From Eledone cirrhosa (Eukaryota): DNA of 64,000 bases. The stretch lies in assembly GCA_964016885.1 (NCBI GenBank), contig OZ024740.1:159030001-159094000 (forward strand), written 5' to 3'. This document shows, in pieces, positions 1 through 14,148 of this stretch. The notes under the pieces were generated by a model, which was not told the DNA's origin, searched no databases, and was given only the letters and a program-made list of their open reading frames with translations. Both the position numbers and the translations under genes were made by a program. How positions within the stretch are numbered: position 1 is the stretch's first letter; the number at the start of each line of letters is the position of its first letter.

Positions 1-36
<36 letters not shown>

Positions 37-73
37 GTGCGTCTCTATGTATATACATATGTATGTATGTATG

Positions 74-511
74 TTCTTCTGGTTTTATAATTTCACAAAG
101 TTTTACCAATAGAGAGAGAGTCGGTTTCTAACATAGACACAAGACTCTCTCATTGGAATTGACACAACATCAACTAGGTAGATATGTATGTATGCATGCA
201 TGTGTAGATATGGATGTTATTGAATGTGTGGATGTGTATGTTTTGAGTTGTATGTGTGCATGTGTATATGCTTTGTATCTGTACATGTGTATGTGCAGTT
301 ATTAGATGCAACATTTTTGGAATGTTTTACATATTTTTACTGTTCCATTAATGGATTGTACTTGTAGTTTCCTAACTAGTTGTGTTCTTTCTGTTCCTGT
401 GAAGCCTAGCTTCTCAAGATTTGTATTGAGGCAGTTACTAACATATCCCAGTGCCCCAATAATCACAGGCATAAATCTGAAGGTGGAATCAGGGTGGAGT
501 ATCTGCAGATT
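74..511 (-). mobile_element. 3' end (RLE C-terminus + 3' UTR) of R4/Dong-clade LINE, truncated by assembly gap
   Basis: Encodes NLQILHPDSTFRFMPVIIGALG...KICKTFQ, nearly identical to the C-terminus at 19730-19941 and 43590-43800. The same 3' UTR ends ...CCAGAAGAA and runs into (CATA)n. Confidence 0.9.
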
Positions 512-711
512 NNNNNNNNNNNNNNNNNNNNNNNNNNNNNNNNNNNNNNNNNNNNNNNNNNNNNNNNNNNNNNNNNNNNNNNNNNNNNNNNNNNNNNNNN
601 NNNNNNNNNNNNNNNNNNNNNNNNNNNNNNNNNNNNNNNNNNNNNNNNNNNNNNNNNNNNNNNNNNNNNNNNNNNNNNNNNNNNNNNNNNNNNNNNNNNN
701 NNNNNNNNNNN
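512..711. other. Assembly gap (200 N)
   Basis: Run of n. Confidence 0.99.
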
Positions 712-1432
712 AAATCGAAGAATTCTGATTAATGATCGGAGAAACTCTTTCCCAGAAATTTAAGACTTTCAAATTTTGGAAAAGTAACCAAAAGCGATGC
801 TAAAATTCGAAGAATTGCTCTGTCAACACATGATAATGGCTTAACAGCATTGCTTTAGCATTGTAACGTTATTGTTGCGTGACATCATCGTTATAGTGTT
901 ATAAGGTAATAATTATTGCATAAATTAATTGTAATACTATTATTTGCCATTATTGCATAACACTCGCTTTGACATGATAACGCCATAGGTATAGAATTAT
1001 AACATAATCATTATTGTATTATAACATCATTATATGTTTATGAAATTTTATCCAAAGCCCAGTGCCATATTAATCCGGAGTTTATCCAAGTTTCATTGGC
1101 ATTTACAACACTCCCCCATGAACATAGCACCTGCATGTTACACAAGTTATAAAAATAATAACATAAGAATAAAACAAAACAAAGCCAGGTACTACATCTT
1201 ATGACCACAATGACGAAGATTTAGTGTTAGAAAATGCTGACTGAAGAAGAGTTAACGGACCGGGAAATATTTCACAGCATCACTGATCTTATACGAGATA
1301 ATATCTAAAATCGAACAAACTGCAATATTGCATCATCTGTTATCGGACTAACTTTCTTCCAAATTCGTAAGTGCCCTCTGTCTGTCTGTCTATCTTCCAC
1401 CCCTCACTCTCTCTTTCTCTCTCTCTATGTGC

Positions 1433-1486
<54 letters not shown>

Positions 1487-1578
1487 CAAAGGAATAGTGG
1501 TAAGCAACCAGATGGACCATAACGCACCAGAGTACTCAATACTTATGGTAGTAGAGTGGGAAATAGGAAAAAGTAAGA

Positions 1579-1671
1579 CCCCTACGCAGAGCTCAAGCCG
1601 TTTCGACAGCTATTTCTGGACTAAACTAGAATTTTTAGCCTGGTGAATAAATAGCCGAACTTTTCAAGGGG
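1579..1671 (-). ncRNA. Degenerate type I hammerhead ribozyme
   Basis: Minus strand reads CCCC-TTGAAAA-g..GGCTATTT...AAATAGCT..-GAAA-CG...CG-TA-GGGG. Helices I, II and III are present; the core has 2 changes from CUGANGA. Confidence 0.5.
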
Positions 1672-2064
1672 ATACTTCCTTATATGGGAAGATTGTAGTT
1701 GTCAAGAAGATTGGTTAAAATTTGTTGTAAACACAAATAAGTCTATCATGTCATTTGGTGGGAGGTGGGGGTGGCTGAACTTGCCTGTAGAATAATAGGG
1801 GAGTGAGAGGAGCGGTCAAGCGTTGAAAGTGATATGTATACAGCAGATTCTGAGGATAGAGTATGAAGTGAAGGAGGGAGGTTATAGAATAGGTAAATCG
1901 AATGAGAGTAGGAGACAATAAAAGATAATAGAAAAAAAATATATATAAAATTAGATAGTGAGAAATGAATAAAAAAAATCACAATGCTATCTTACAATTA
2001 CAGGTTAATCAGCTGAGAATAGAAAAAAACTTTTAGAAATTGTGTAGTACCAGAATTGTTATTA

Positions 2065-2208
<144 letters not shown>

Positions 2209-2272
2209 TCTACGTGTGACGGTATTTTAACGATAGTTATAGCTCTGATTTATTTGAATTATGGAGCCCTCT

Positions 2273-2623
<351 letters not shown>

Positions 2624-2626
2624 ATG

Positions 2627-3267
2627 TTTAATACGGGATGTTTGTTTACAAACACACCGAGCATTATAATAAATGTTCGGTGAATCCATACGTGCATATA
2701 TATATGTGTGCATGTATGTATATATATACATACATACTACTGTACGTCGGTATACATATATGTATGTACGTGTACATACTTATATTTAAGTAACAGCCGT
2801 ACTAAGAGTGGGAAATGAAATATCGTTTCATTTTTTCCGTTTATCGTTTTCGGTGCACCCGGCCGATTAACCCACTCGATATGCATATTGGGCTACTCAG
2901 CCGTTAATATGCATAAGGTAAGTATATACGTTCAACAATCTGGCAGGAAGGTATACGTTGCTGACGATAGCTAACAAGCTTGAAACTAGTACAGCGTTCC
3001 TTTGTCAGTGTTGAACAAACGAGCAACGATGGTTGCTAGACACTACGGCTTAATACGGGATGTTTGTTTACAAACACACCGAGCATTATAATAAATGTTC
3101 GGTGAATCCATACGTGCATATATATATGTGTGCATGTATGTATATATATATATATACATACTACTGTACGTCGGTATACATATATGTATGTACGTGTACA
3201 TACTTATATTTAAGTAACAGCCGTACTAAGAGTGGGAAATGAAATATCGTTTCATTTTTTCCGTTTA
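2627..3267. repeat. ~220-bp direct repeat (2627-2850 / 3048-3267) of a dispersed family also present at 26740-27105
   Basis: TTTAATACGGGATGTTTGTTTACAAACACACCGAGC...TTTTTTCCGTTTAT occurs twice, near-identical. Confidence 0.9.
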
Positions 3268-4293
3268 TATATATATATATATATATATATCGGCTTCCTT
3301 GTTTAATCATCTTACCAGAAGCCTAACATTATTTATGTAAGCGGACAGTACTTGATTTAGGAGCCGAAGAAACCCAAATGCTGGATTTTACCAACCTTGC
3401 AGGGTCCGGGTAAATTTTCAATCACATATATTTTTATTTGTTTGACCCGAATTACTTAATCGTTTTTTTTGGGGTTGTGCGGATGATTGTATAACCATCG
3501 TCTCAGTGTTTTTGGCTTTTAACGTTTGTTATAGCTCTGGTTCATGTGAATCATTGAGCACTTGCCACACATCTCGGAGGTCGTTTTTCGTTATTTCATA
3601 GGCCGAAATACGATTCTCGATAATTTATATTTGTATATATATATATATATACAAATATAATTTCACCGAGATCGTATTTCGGCGGTGGCCAAAACAAAAC
3701 GAAACGCAATCTTCGAGATACGCCGGCAAGCGCTCAAAGGACTACTAGGAAGCCAGAGCAATTAACATGCGGTATAAAGGGCAGACAAAAATGAAAACAG
3801 TGGTTGTGAAGTCACAAGCCACGGCAGCCGAGAAAACGATCAAGCTAAACAGGTTAAAAAATAATATATATATATATAAAATCAAGGTCTAGCAAATAGA
3901 GAAAAAGTTTTTAAATAAAATTTAAAAAATTCGCACTACTTACTATATGTGCCTTTACCGCGGTTTCATGCTCCAGAATAAACGGAAAATCCAAGCGGTT
4001 TTCCATTGAGAAGGGAGCAATCTTTAGAAGGCTCTTCTCCCTCGGAGAATATAAAATTCCCGAGTTCAAATCACAAACTGACGCCATACAAAACCATTCC
4101 CAAATGAGAGCGAATGATGAAAGAAATAATTCTGCCTGCTGCCGTGTGCAAAGACAAAAGGCAGGGTGGACAGGTCAATGTCCTGCCACTAGAAATAGCA
4201 GCAGTCCAAACGGCCAACATTTTATCTCTACCTTAGGGGGGGATCAATAATAATAAAGTATGAATTCCTACGTGTAAAAAATACATATAGGGA

Positions 4294-4334
<41 letters not shown>

Positions 4335-4372
4335 AATAAAAGTCAAATGACTAAAATTTAGCTTCGTTTATT

Positions 4373-4427
4373 ACTGCTATATATATTTCACTGACAGCCA
4401 TCTTTGGCTGTGATCTCTTCAGGCAGT
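4373..4427 (-). ncRNA. Type I hammerhead ribozyme (Penelope pLTR)
   Basis: ACTGC-CTGAAGA-gatc-ACAGCCA-aaga-TGGCTGT-cagt-GAAA-TATATA-TA-GCAGT: intact core, 5-bp helix I, palindromic helix III. Confidence 0.88.
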
Positions 4428-5626
4428 TTGAATTAGTATGGTATAGACATGTACATATGTTGTTGAGGTGTATAATATTGTCAATACTCTGATATGCCCA
4501 GTTCCTTGTTGGGTTGTTATTTCACTGAGGAACTGGAGTCATATGAATTCAAACAAACGAATTTCAGTGTCAAAGGTCCTCTTCTCCTCTCATTGGTCAG
4601 TTATTAGAACATTCCTCATTCTAAGTGTTGTTATTGTTGGAGTTAGCTTAAAAAATTGATAAAATGGTAGAAGGGACAAGGTGCTAAAGGAACAAAATAA
4701 CAAAAAAAGTGTCAAACTTCCCATTGGTCTGTTCTGAGAGCATTCCTCAGTCAGAAGTCTATAGAATTCTTTCTGGAGTGAGGCTCCCTGTAGTGTTTTT
4801 GCTTGCTATTGTTCAGTACATTTGACCTCTACCATTATTTTGGTAGTGTTGTTGGTGTTGTGGTCAGCTTATATCTTGCTGCTGCTAACAATTTAGAAGT
4901 ATCCCGTGTGTATTTTTTCTTCATCCCTCCCGCCACCATCTCTCATAGTGATGGTGGTGGTGGAGGGTTATTCCATGTATATGAAGAAATATAAGGCAAT
5001 AAATGAAGAAAACAGAAAATAAATAAATAATATAATAAAATAATTAATATAATTTGTATAATTTGAAAATAAATAAATAAATAGAGAATAAAGAATAAAT
5101 GAAAAATTGGTGAAAAAGTAATGAAAATGAATATGGAGCAGTGAAAAATATTGTAGGATAAAGTGTGTGTGTGCTATAACCAATCTCAAGGTCAGAAATA
5201 TGTTGGATAGATTAGTATGAGGACACGATGTTAAGATAAGATAATCAAACTAAATGTGTTTGTGTTATAATCAATCTCAACTTAAAAATAAATATAAGGC
5301 GATATAGTGAAGAGGGCAGAAAACAAATAACAAATTAATAAAGAGAAATCAAGATTTAAAATTGGAACTTGAAAATCAGAAATCTAGTAAATTAAAAAGT
5401 GTTTGTGTTATATAGATGTTGGCCAAATTATAATGGCTGTGTCCGATTCTATCTCTAGGCTATCATGGTGTCTGCTCTGCCTGGGTTGTTCCCTATGGCT
5501 TGAGGGGAGTTCACAACCTAGGGTGTTGTTACTGCCCATATAGCTTGAGGGATGTCTGGCCGAGAGGTGTTTTCATGTTCTGTAGAAGTCCCTATAGCTT
5601 GAGGGGAGCTCACATCTTCTTGTTTG

Positions 5627-6641
5627 CTACTGTCCATATATCTTGGGAAAGGTCCCGGCTCTAAGGTGTCTGCATGTCCCGAAGAAGTCGGTTCTGAGGT
5701 TTATCAGGCCGCTTCCACCTCTTAGTATCTCGAGGGTCTCGTTCAGGCATAGTTTGCATATGCAAGATCCCCCTTTATCGGGTGGTACTTTCCTGATTAT
5801 GTACCAGGCCAGAGAGTATGGGGTCCTGTCCAGCTTAAGCTTCCAGATCAGGTCGGAGAGAGCTGTGCTTTTCCTTTTGGCCTCCTTCTTGAATGAATGG
5901 CGATGGTTGTACCAGCGGTCCTTAAAGCTCGTTGATGTGGATCCTATGTAGAGGTGTTCGGAGTTGGGGGTTTTAACCCTACAACTGTACACTAGGTTCT
6001 TCTTGAGCCATTCATTACCAAGGGGGCATGATTCGGGGTTTCTGCAGTTGCAGAGGGTGGTCGGCCTCTGCGTGCCTAGATTAGGGTTCCCGTTATGTGT
6101 TACATGTTGGTCTTCCCCCAGGCTCGGTGGGGGGTCCTCGGGTCTGTTTGGGTTTCTTGGGTGGGCTCTGGACCCCTCCTTCCCTCCTTTCACATGGTTC
6201 TGCTGAGTGTTTGTATTGCCATCTTCTTGTTCTGTGTGGTTTTTAAGCCTACTTCTGTTGATGCTAGCTATGTGTTGGGCCAAATTTCTCGTGGTGGAAT
6301 ACGAAAGCTTCACAGTGTCTGTTGAAGATCCTGTGGTATCTGTGGTCCCTCGGGAAGCATTTGTCAAGTGGTCCAAAGAATAATCGGGCCAAGCTTTCCT
6401 TTAGGGCCGCTGAGTAGGGTGGGTTGTACCACGTGATTTGTCGGTGTCTCCTCCTATATGTGTGGGTCAGGGGCTTCGTGATTTGTTGGAGATTTGTTGG
6501 GTTGCTGGTGGTTTCCGCACTGTTGCTTCCCCTTTGGGCTCTATGCTTTTTGTTATCTTCGCGGCCCGAATTTGTGGGGTGGTCGTTGTCCGCCTCGGGA
6601 GATCCATCGTGAGGTGGTCGCCCGTTCCCCCCTACGTGTCC
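5627..6641 (-). pseudogene. Penelope GIY-YIG endonuclease region, frameshifted
   Basis: GIY-YIG-type motifs VYSC / YIG, conserved R and H, and CxxC...E at the C-terminus. Confidence 0.85.
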
Positions 6642-7160
6642 TGAGAGATGGTGGCGGGAGGGATGAAGAAAAAACACACACTGGATACTTCTAAATTGTT
6701 AGCAGCAGCAAGATATAAACTGATCACAACACCAACAACACTACCAAAATAATGGTAGAGGTCAAATGTACTGAACAATAGCAAGCAAAAACACTACAGG
6801 GAGCCTCACTCCAGAAAGAATTCTATAGACTTCTGACTGAGGAATGCTCTCAGAACTGACCAATGGGAAGTTTGACACTTTTTTTTGTTATTTTGTTCCT
6901 TTAACACCTTGTCCCTTCTACCATTTTATCAATTTTTTAAGCTAACTCCAACAATAACAACACTTAGAATGAGGAATGTTCTAATAACTGACCAATGAGA
7001 GGAGAAGAGGACCTTTGACACTGAAATTCGTTTGTTTGAATTCATATGACTCCAGTTCCTCAGTGAAATAACAACCCAACAAGGAACTGGGCATATCAGA
7101 GTATTGACAATATTATACACCTCAACAACATATGTACTTGTCTATACCATACTAATTCAA

Positions 7161-7215
7161 ACTGCCTGAAGAGGTCACAGCCAAAGATGGCTGTCACTGA
7201 AATATATATAGCAGT
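7161..7215 (+). ncRNA. Type I hammerhead ribozyme (inverted pLTR copy)
   Basis: ACTGC-CTGAAGA-ggtc-ACAGCCA-aaga-TGGCTGT-cact-GAAA-TATATA-TA-GCAGT. Confidence 0.88.
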
Positions 7216-7370
7216 AATAAACGAAGGTAAATTTTAATCATTTGACTTATTTTACACTACTTTATTTTACACTATTTTACACTACTCCGGAGTAACCAAA
7301 CCAACCTGCGCACTTCGTCGAGTGCTCCAGGCTGCATACTGTGGTGTTGGTATACAACCAACATAAACTC

Positions 7371-7531
<161 letters not shown>

Positions 7532-8294
7532 ACACGTACACATCTACTTATCTATCATTCTCTTCCCTCTGATCTAGATTAGTATTCGTAAAAGATTGTT
7601 GTTGTTATCTTCCCTCGGGTCAATACAGATCAAGTGACCAAACAGAGGCTACCTCGTTGTTGTTGTTGATAGTGTTGTCATCCGTATTACTGTTGTGTTT
7701 AGATTGAAATTCATACATATCATGTGACCAGCTAGCTTCATTGTCATTGATGATGTTGTTATCATTATCGTGGTTCCTTATTGTTTAGCCCTAGGTCGAT
7801 TCAGATGAAGAGGAGTTACAATAAAAAGTGATTTATTTGAAACCACCTCGTTTCTCTCCACCTTAGATATTGACTTCATACGCAAATGTGCCCTTCCTTT
7901 ACCTAAGATGGTAGGTATGATTTCAGCAAGATGTGGTTGGTATTTCCAGCGGATTGAACGAACATTTCAGAGGATTCCTCATTGTCGATGCTGCTGTTGC
8001 TGTTACTGTTGTTGTTGTTGCCGTCGTCGCTGTTGTTGTTGTTGTTGTCTATCCCCAGGCCAATTCTAATGAAGCAGATCAATGACAAAAGATAAACTAA
8101 CCGTGACCATTCCGACTTATTTTGCTTTTCTTTTTTTTAGACATAGTGTATCCAGGACAACATTATCCAATATGTAGATATTTTTTTAAAAAAGACAACA
8201 GGGTGATAGATTGTGAGTCACACAGTGATACACACGTATACAAATACAAACACATACATTCAGACGTACATACAAACAGCCAGCCAGATAGATA

Positions 8295-11017
8295 TCTTTC
8301 TTTATTTGCCACAGGGGCGTACACAAATGGGACATTACAAGACGTGACGGCGGGGGTTTTACATAAAAATAACTTTAACATTAATAAATAACAATAAACT
8401 ATATATAATAAAATAACAATTGAAATACCCAATAGGGGGGAACGTTACTGCAGGGTTGTTTTACACCCCGTGGATAGGACAACCCTCAACACCAGGAACA
8501 CGTTTTGTAGGTGTTCCTGTCTTCCCACTGTTTATCTTCCTCAACCTACATGTTTATATACAGAGAAGGCCCATTCACTCGGGCCATTTTTGCCGCATTC
8601 ACCCACCTTTCAGCGAATTTACTGGGGTGTAGCACCTCTCTCTCCACTCTCACCTTCCTTCTGAAGTGATACTTAAAGAAGAGGATAAGGTGTTGTCCGG
8701 AGAGAAAGGTGTTTGCCCTCAGTCCTTTTAATCTCGTCCACCATATTACCTCTTTCGCCATAGCCAACAGACAGAGGAAAACCGCGTCTCCTTCGTTCTT
8801 AAATGAAGGCGGCCGGGTGATCCTCACGATGGACTCGGCTGACAACTGGATGCGTCCCACACGTGACAGCAGCTGTTCGACATAATTCCACAGGTCAGTC
8901 ACCCCTGGGCACTGAACAATTGCATGCAGAACGGTTTCGATGTCCTGCTCGCATCTTGGACTGATCCTTTTGGCAGGATCTCAGCCAAGGCGTCGTGCCT
9001 GTAGATTTTGTCTCGAACTGGTAGAGCTCCTCGGTAGCACTCCCAGGCCAGAGACCTCTGGAAGTTATCCATAGGCCCTGGACGGAAAGTCCTCCCGAAC
9101 AGACTGGTCAGTTCGTCCTCCTCGATGCCTAGAGTTTCCCCGAGAACGTCATCGCACTTATCCTCCACTAATCCCCTATAGAATGTCGAAGTAGAGTCTC
9201 CGCTGATTGCCGTTTCCGCTTGGTAGAGGGCTGTGAGCGCCTGTAGGCACTCGAGGTGCCAGGCACCCATTTTTCGGTCTTCGCTTGACCCAGGACTGCA
9301 GCTCTGTTAGTGAGACGAGTTGTCGAAGAGCTTGTCTTACAAACGACAGCCATACCGGTTCACCGGTCAGGAATACCTGGAGATGGCGTAGCCTCAGCGC
9401 ATTTTTGCGCATCATCAGCCACGGCATGCCCAGCCCTCCGTTATAAGGGTGTTGACAGCAGATGGATCTCCTCACCAATGGAGCCTGTTTCTTCCAGAGG
9501 AACTTGAAGAGTAGGCGTTCCATTTTGGTAAGGTATTCGCGCGGGCAAGGCACGACTGTCAAGCGGTAGTAGATGACGGACGCTATGTAAGTGTTCGCCA
9601 CCTCCGCTCGACCTTTCAAGGAGAGTTTGCACTCAGCCCACTTCTAGGGGAGTGCAAACACCTTCGCCGTGACCTCGTTCCAGTTATTGTCCACCTGCAG
9701 GTCTGGACCGAACCAGACCCCGAGCAATTTCACTGGTCCTTCCGTCCAGCGTCAAACGGCACTGTCGGAAGGCATGGTTTGCATCTCCATGTGCCGAGTT
9801 GCAGACCGTCAGACTTGTTTGGGTTTAGTCTTGCTCCTGTCAACGTTTCGTATTCCTGTAATAGGTTGCCGATTACCCTGATTTCCGAGGTTTTAGACAC
9901 CATTACGGTTATGTCGTCGGCATAGGCTGATGCTGCTTTCCGCACTCCTGGTTCGATCGGGATGCCCTGCAACAGCTCCAATTTCCGCAGTAACGGCTCG
10001 AGAGTCAGTACATACAGAATGGAGGAGAGAGGGCATCCCTGACGGATGGCACGCATGATTTGGAATGGCTCTGATAGGTAGCCATTCACCTTGACTGCCG
10101 AGCAGATGCTGGTGTGCATGGCAGCGATCCAGCCTCTGAAGACAGGACCGAAGGACTGCTTCCAAGTATTGATGGTCGACCCTATCAAATGCCTTAGACT
10201 GATCTAAATTGATCAGAGCCCCACCAAAGCCAGGTTTACACTCTATGATGTATCGCATGAGGTGGAGGTTGTCGTGTATGGACCTGGTCGGGATTGCACA
10301 CTTTTGGGCTTCCCCTACCAGGTTCTCGACGACAAGCGCCAGCCTTGCTGCTAACACCTTGGCCAAAATCTTTAACTCTGTGTTGAGCAGAGTTATGGGC
10401 CTGAAATTGCTTATCCCATCCCCCTTGTTCTCATCTTTCCTGATCAGCGTTACTACGCCTCTGCCTAGAGAACTGGGAATCCTCCCGTTCTGTTGCCAGT
10501 TGCAGTAGACCGCTTCAAGGACGCCGGAGAACAAGTCTGGCATGTCTATGTAAAACTCATAGGGTAGACCATCTAGACCGGGTGATTTGCATTTCCCGCA
10601 GCGGCCTAGGGCATCTTCTATTTCGCCCGATGTGATCGGCCTTTTGCAGCTCTCCGCATCCGTGCTCGAGAGTCGTGGTACGCCGTCGAGGTAGGAGCTG
10701 AAGTCCATCACCTCGCTCGATGTACCGCTTTGCCAGAATAGTTGTGCAAAATGCTGCTGGAAGGGCGCGCACATCTGTTTGGATTCAAGAATAATGCGTC
10801 CATCTTTGTCTTGCAAAGACCCAATTGTTGATTTGTTGTCACTTTACGCCGCTGCCACTCGGGCCCAGCTAACAGCTTTGGCTCCATCATTTCTTAGAGC
10901 ACGTGTTCTACTTCTGACAATACAACCTTCGTGTTTCACGTTGAAGAACTGGTCTAGTGCCGTTCTCGCCGCTAGCACGTCAGCTGTACTGCCATTCCTA
11001 AGTGCTTCTTCTATTTT
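8295..11017 (-). mobile_element. 5'-truncated Tx1/L1-clade LINE (RT + C-terminal region, frameshifted) with 17-bp TSD
   Basis: RT motifs KSPGLDGLPYEFY, FRPITLLN..KILAK, LDQSKAFDRV, RQGCPLS, AYADD and GGLGMP across ORFs 8546-10816. The 3' UTR ends AATAAAGAAA. AGCCAGCCAGATAGATA is duplicated at 8278-8294 and 11018-11034. Confidence 0.92.
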
Positions 11018-11093
11018 AGCCAGCCAGATAGATAGCTAGATAACTAGATAGATTGACAGAAATATATATTTATATATATATTTATGTATGTAC

Positions 11094-11124
<31 letters not shown>

Positions 11125-11208
11125 TGTATGTATGTATGTATGTATGTATGTATGTATGTATATATATATGTTTGTGTGTGTGTATGTACATATGTATGTA
11201 TATATGTA

Positions 11209-11267
<59 letters not shown>

Positions 11268-11274
11268 ATATATC

Positions 11275-11371
<97 letters not shown>

Positions 11372-11378
11372 ATATATC

Positions 11379-11544
<166 letters not shown>

Positions 11545-11584
11545 TGTATATATATATATACATACATATGTATATGTACATGTA

Positions 11585-11618
<34 letters not shown>

Positions 11619-12029
11619 CATACATATATACAAATACACACACACACACATATGTAAATATATATATATATATGTATATATGCACATATATTTGACAGAT
11701 AATAAATGGAAAAACCAAAAAGTACATGGAAACAGACAAACACGATTGAAAAAAAGAACAGCTCTGTAATTATTTTGCCGAGCAGCCTAAGATTCTGACA
11801 GTTAAATATAAGTATTACTGGAATAATATGGAGGTAATATTATGTTTTATCACATCAGAGGCATAGAAATAATGAAGTTGCTACAGATTAACTCACACTG
11901 ACAGACTTCGGAATATTATTCTATCGTAAAATAACAATTTCCAAGTGTTCTTCACAAACTCTATATATTATGATGACAGTCCACCATGATTGGTTGTCTC
12001 ACAGCTCGTATATAAGAAAATTACATAAG

Positions 12030-12091
<62 letters not shown>

Positions 12092-12242
12092 GTATATGTA
12101 TATGGATATATATACATATATATAAACTGAGGTGTGATTTTTCTTTTTGTCACATTTATAGGCTTCTGTATTTTATGTGGGGCGTTTGTGTGTGGGTGTA
12201 GGTATACATACACACACGCACGATCACACACACGCACACACT

Positions 12243-12855
12243 CTCAGACTCAGAAGCTCCCGCGTCTTGGACGCATGAGGCAATCATAGTGTTCCATCGC
12301 GTTCGGTCAGCAGCCAGTTGCACAGCGTCCCTCCATTGTCTGTTTGTCGCTCGCAGGTCCCTCTCAACTGTCTGGCGCCAGTTCATATTGGGTCGCCCTC
12401 TCCGTCTGCTTCCCTGCGGGCTCCATTTAAGTACTTGGTTCGCCAGTCTCTCCGGAGGAAGTCTCAAAGCGTGTCCAAACCAGCCCAGGCGTCGCTTGCA
12501 GATGGTGGAAGAGACTAGCTGCTGGTTGGTGCGGTTCCTTGACTTCCTCGTTTGTTACATGGTCACTCCATTTAATCCCCAGGATCTTTCGCAGACACCT
12601 GGAATCGAATGCGTCCAACTTTTTCTCTTGGCTGGTCTTAAGGTGCCATGTTTCACTTCTGTACAAAAGTGTGGACAGCACGTTGCTGTTGTAGAATCTC
12701 ATCTTTGTTTTGAGGGTGAATTTCCTGCTCTTCCAGATCTTGACAAGCTGGTTAAATGCTGCTGAAGCCTTTCCCATTCTACATTGCAATTCACTGTCCA
12801 TGGTGCCCCCATTGTTAATGGAGCTTCCTAGGTAGGTGAAGTTGTCCACTATTCC
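12243..12855 (-). mobile_element. RTE-clade LINE 3' fragment
   Basis: DNFTYLGS...RMGKASAAF...LSTLLY..ETW...CLRKILGIKW...GSRRRGRP..W...A.DR..W, followed by a short (TCTGAG)2 tail. Confidence 0.88.
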
Positions 12856-13925
12856 CCCCCCCCCCCTGTTCAATGAAGACACTAGTTGGTGATGGGTGTA
12901 TATACATATTTATATATATTTGTGTGTATATGTGTGAGTGTAACTTTAAATATATCAACTCAGATGCAATTTTTCTTTTGGTGTACAATTGTAGAGTTCT
13001 GTGCTTTATGTCTAGGCGTTTGTGCATGTGGGTGTATCTATATAGATACAGAGTGTATACTTGATCCAGAGATGGCTTATGAAATACGGTGTTATTGTTT
13101 GGGCGAATCATCTCTGAATAACACACTCGTCAATGCTCAGTAATGTGGGTTTGTTAGGCGCGACCAAGTGGTGGGGTTAATTGGTTCTGACAGAAATTCT
13201 GTTGTAGATAGATAATACCACGCGGTTAATACAAAGTCAAACAGTCTACTGCTACAAAGGTTAGGGGTATTAAACTGTGTATCATTAGATCCTGACCGAA
13301 AACAAGCGTAGCATGACGGTGGCGAAAATTAAAAGAGATAATTGCTATAAAAGTATAAACATTATAAAATGTAGGGTTGAATGTCACATTGAATAAATTA
13401 AGAAAAATGAATTACGAAATATATATATGAAGAAATAAATTAAGAGGAAAAATAAATATAAAGATAAAGTAATTATAATGTTAATGTAAGTAATTCGTTA
13501 ACGATAATTAAGTGATCTCGTTCCCGTTTATATGTGAGTGTTTGATTGTGGAAGAAAAAATAAATAAGTGGCATAGCGCTCCAGTGAGACTAGCGTAATA
13601 AGCTTCGTCACTGCAAGGTTTAAAAATGGTATAGTAGTATAGTTGAAGGTAAAATTGAAGATAAAGGATTAAATTAAATCAGTAGCTAGTATTGAGTCGA
13701 ATGTGTCACTTAATATCAGATTACATATGAAATATCATATAATTATAAAATTATATACAGCATGGCCTCAGCCGGGTGGCTGGACAGGTAAAAGAGTAAA
13801 AGAGTAAGATAAAATATGAAAATACGCAAGATATAAGAATATAGAAAAAGTAAGGCGTAGATTAAAGGCAAATTTTACAATAGGTATATATATGTCCTCA
13901 GTGTAGTTATTATAGTAACACAAAA

Positions 13926-14148
13926 GGGCGGTGGATTGGTAGTATCGGTAGAGGGTCGGACACCAGGCTTTGCAGCATAGAGCTACGGCCCTTTATGATA
14001 TGAGTTCAAATCCCGCCGAGGTTAACTTTGCCTTTCATCCTTACGGGGTCGATAAAATAAAGTACCAGTCATACACTGGGGTCGATTTAATCGACTTTCC
14101 CCTCCCCCCAAAAATTGCTGGCCTTGTGCCTATATAAGAAACCATTAT
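13926..14148 (+). mobile_element. tRNA-derived SINE (family 1), full length
   Basis: GGCGGTGGATTGG head, B-box GAGTTCAAATCCC, central CTTTGCCTTTCATCCTTACGGGGTCGATAAA, tail GGCCTTGTGCC...ATTA. Flanked by a repeated TTATAGTAACACAAAA (probable TSD). Confidence 0.88.

Larger units (their letters stand above)
4335..7252 (-). mobile_element. 5'-truncated Penelope-like element with inverted pseudo-LTR (arms 4335-4945 / 6642-7252)
   Basis: Frameshifted ORFs 6264-6677 (ITWYNPPYS...FPRDHRYHRIFNR) and 5627-6376 (CNC..CPL, LVYSC..LYIGST..FKDRWYNH, CKLCLNE) match the Penelope linker and GIY-YIG endonuclease. The ~610-bp terminal segment, which carries a hammerhead, is duplicated in inverted orientation. 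Confidence 0.9.

Noticed and set aside
13030-13140. Hairpins (CAGAGATG/CATCTCTG; GTATCTATATAGATAC) suggesting another hammerhead
   Set aside because: No GAAA core in the right position.
13926-14030. tRNA-like sequences with A/B boxes
   Set aside because: No complete cloverleaf, and always followed by the same SINE body; these are SINE heads.
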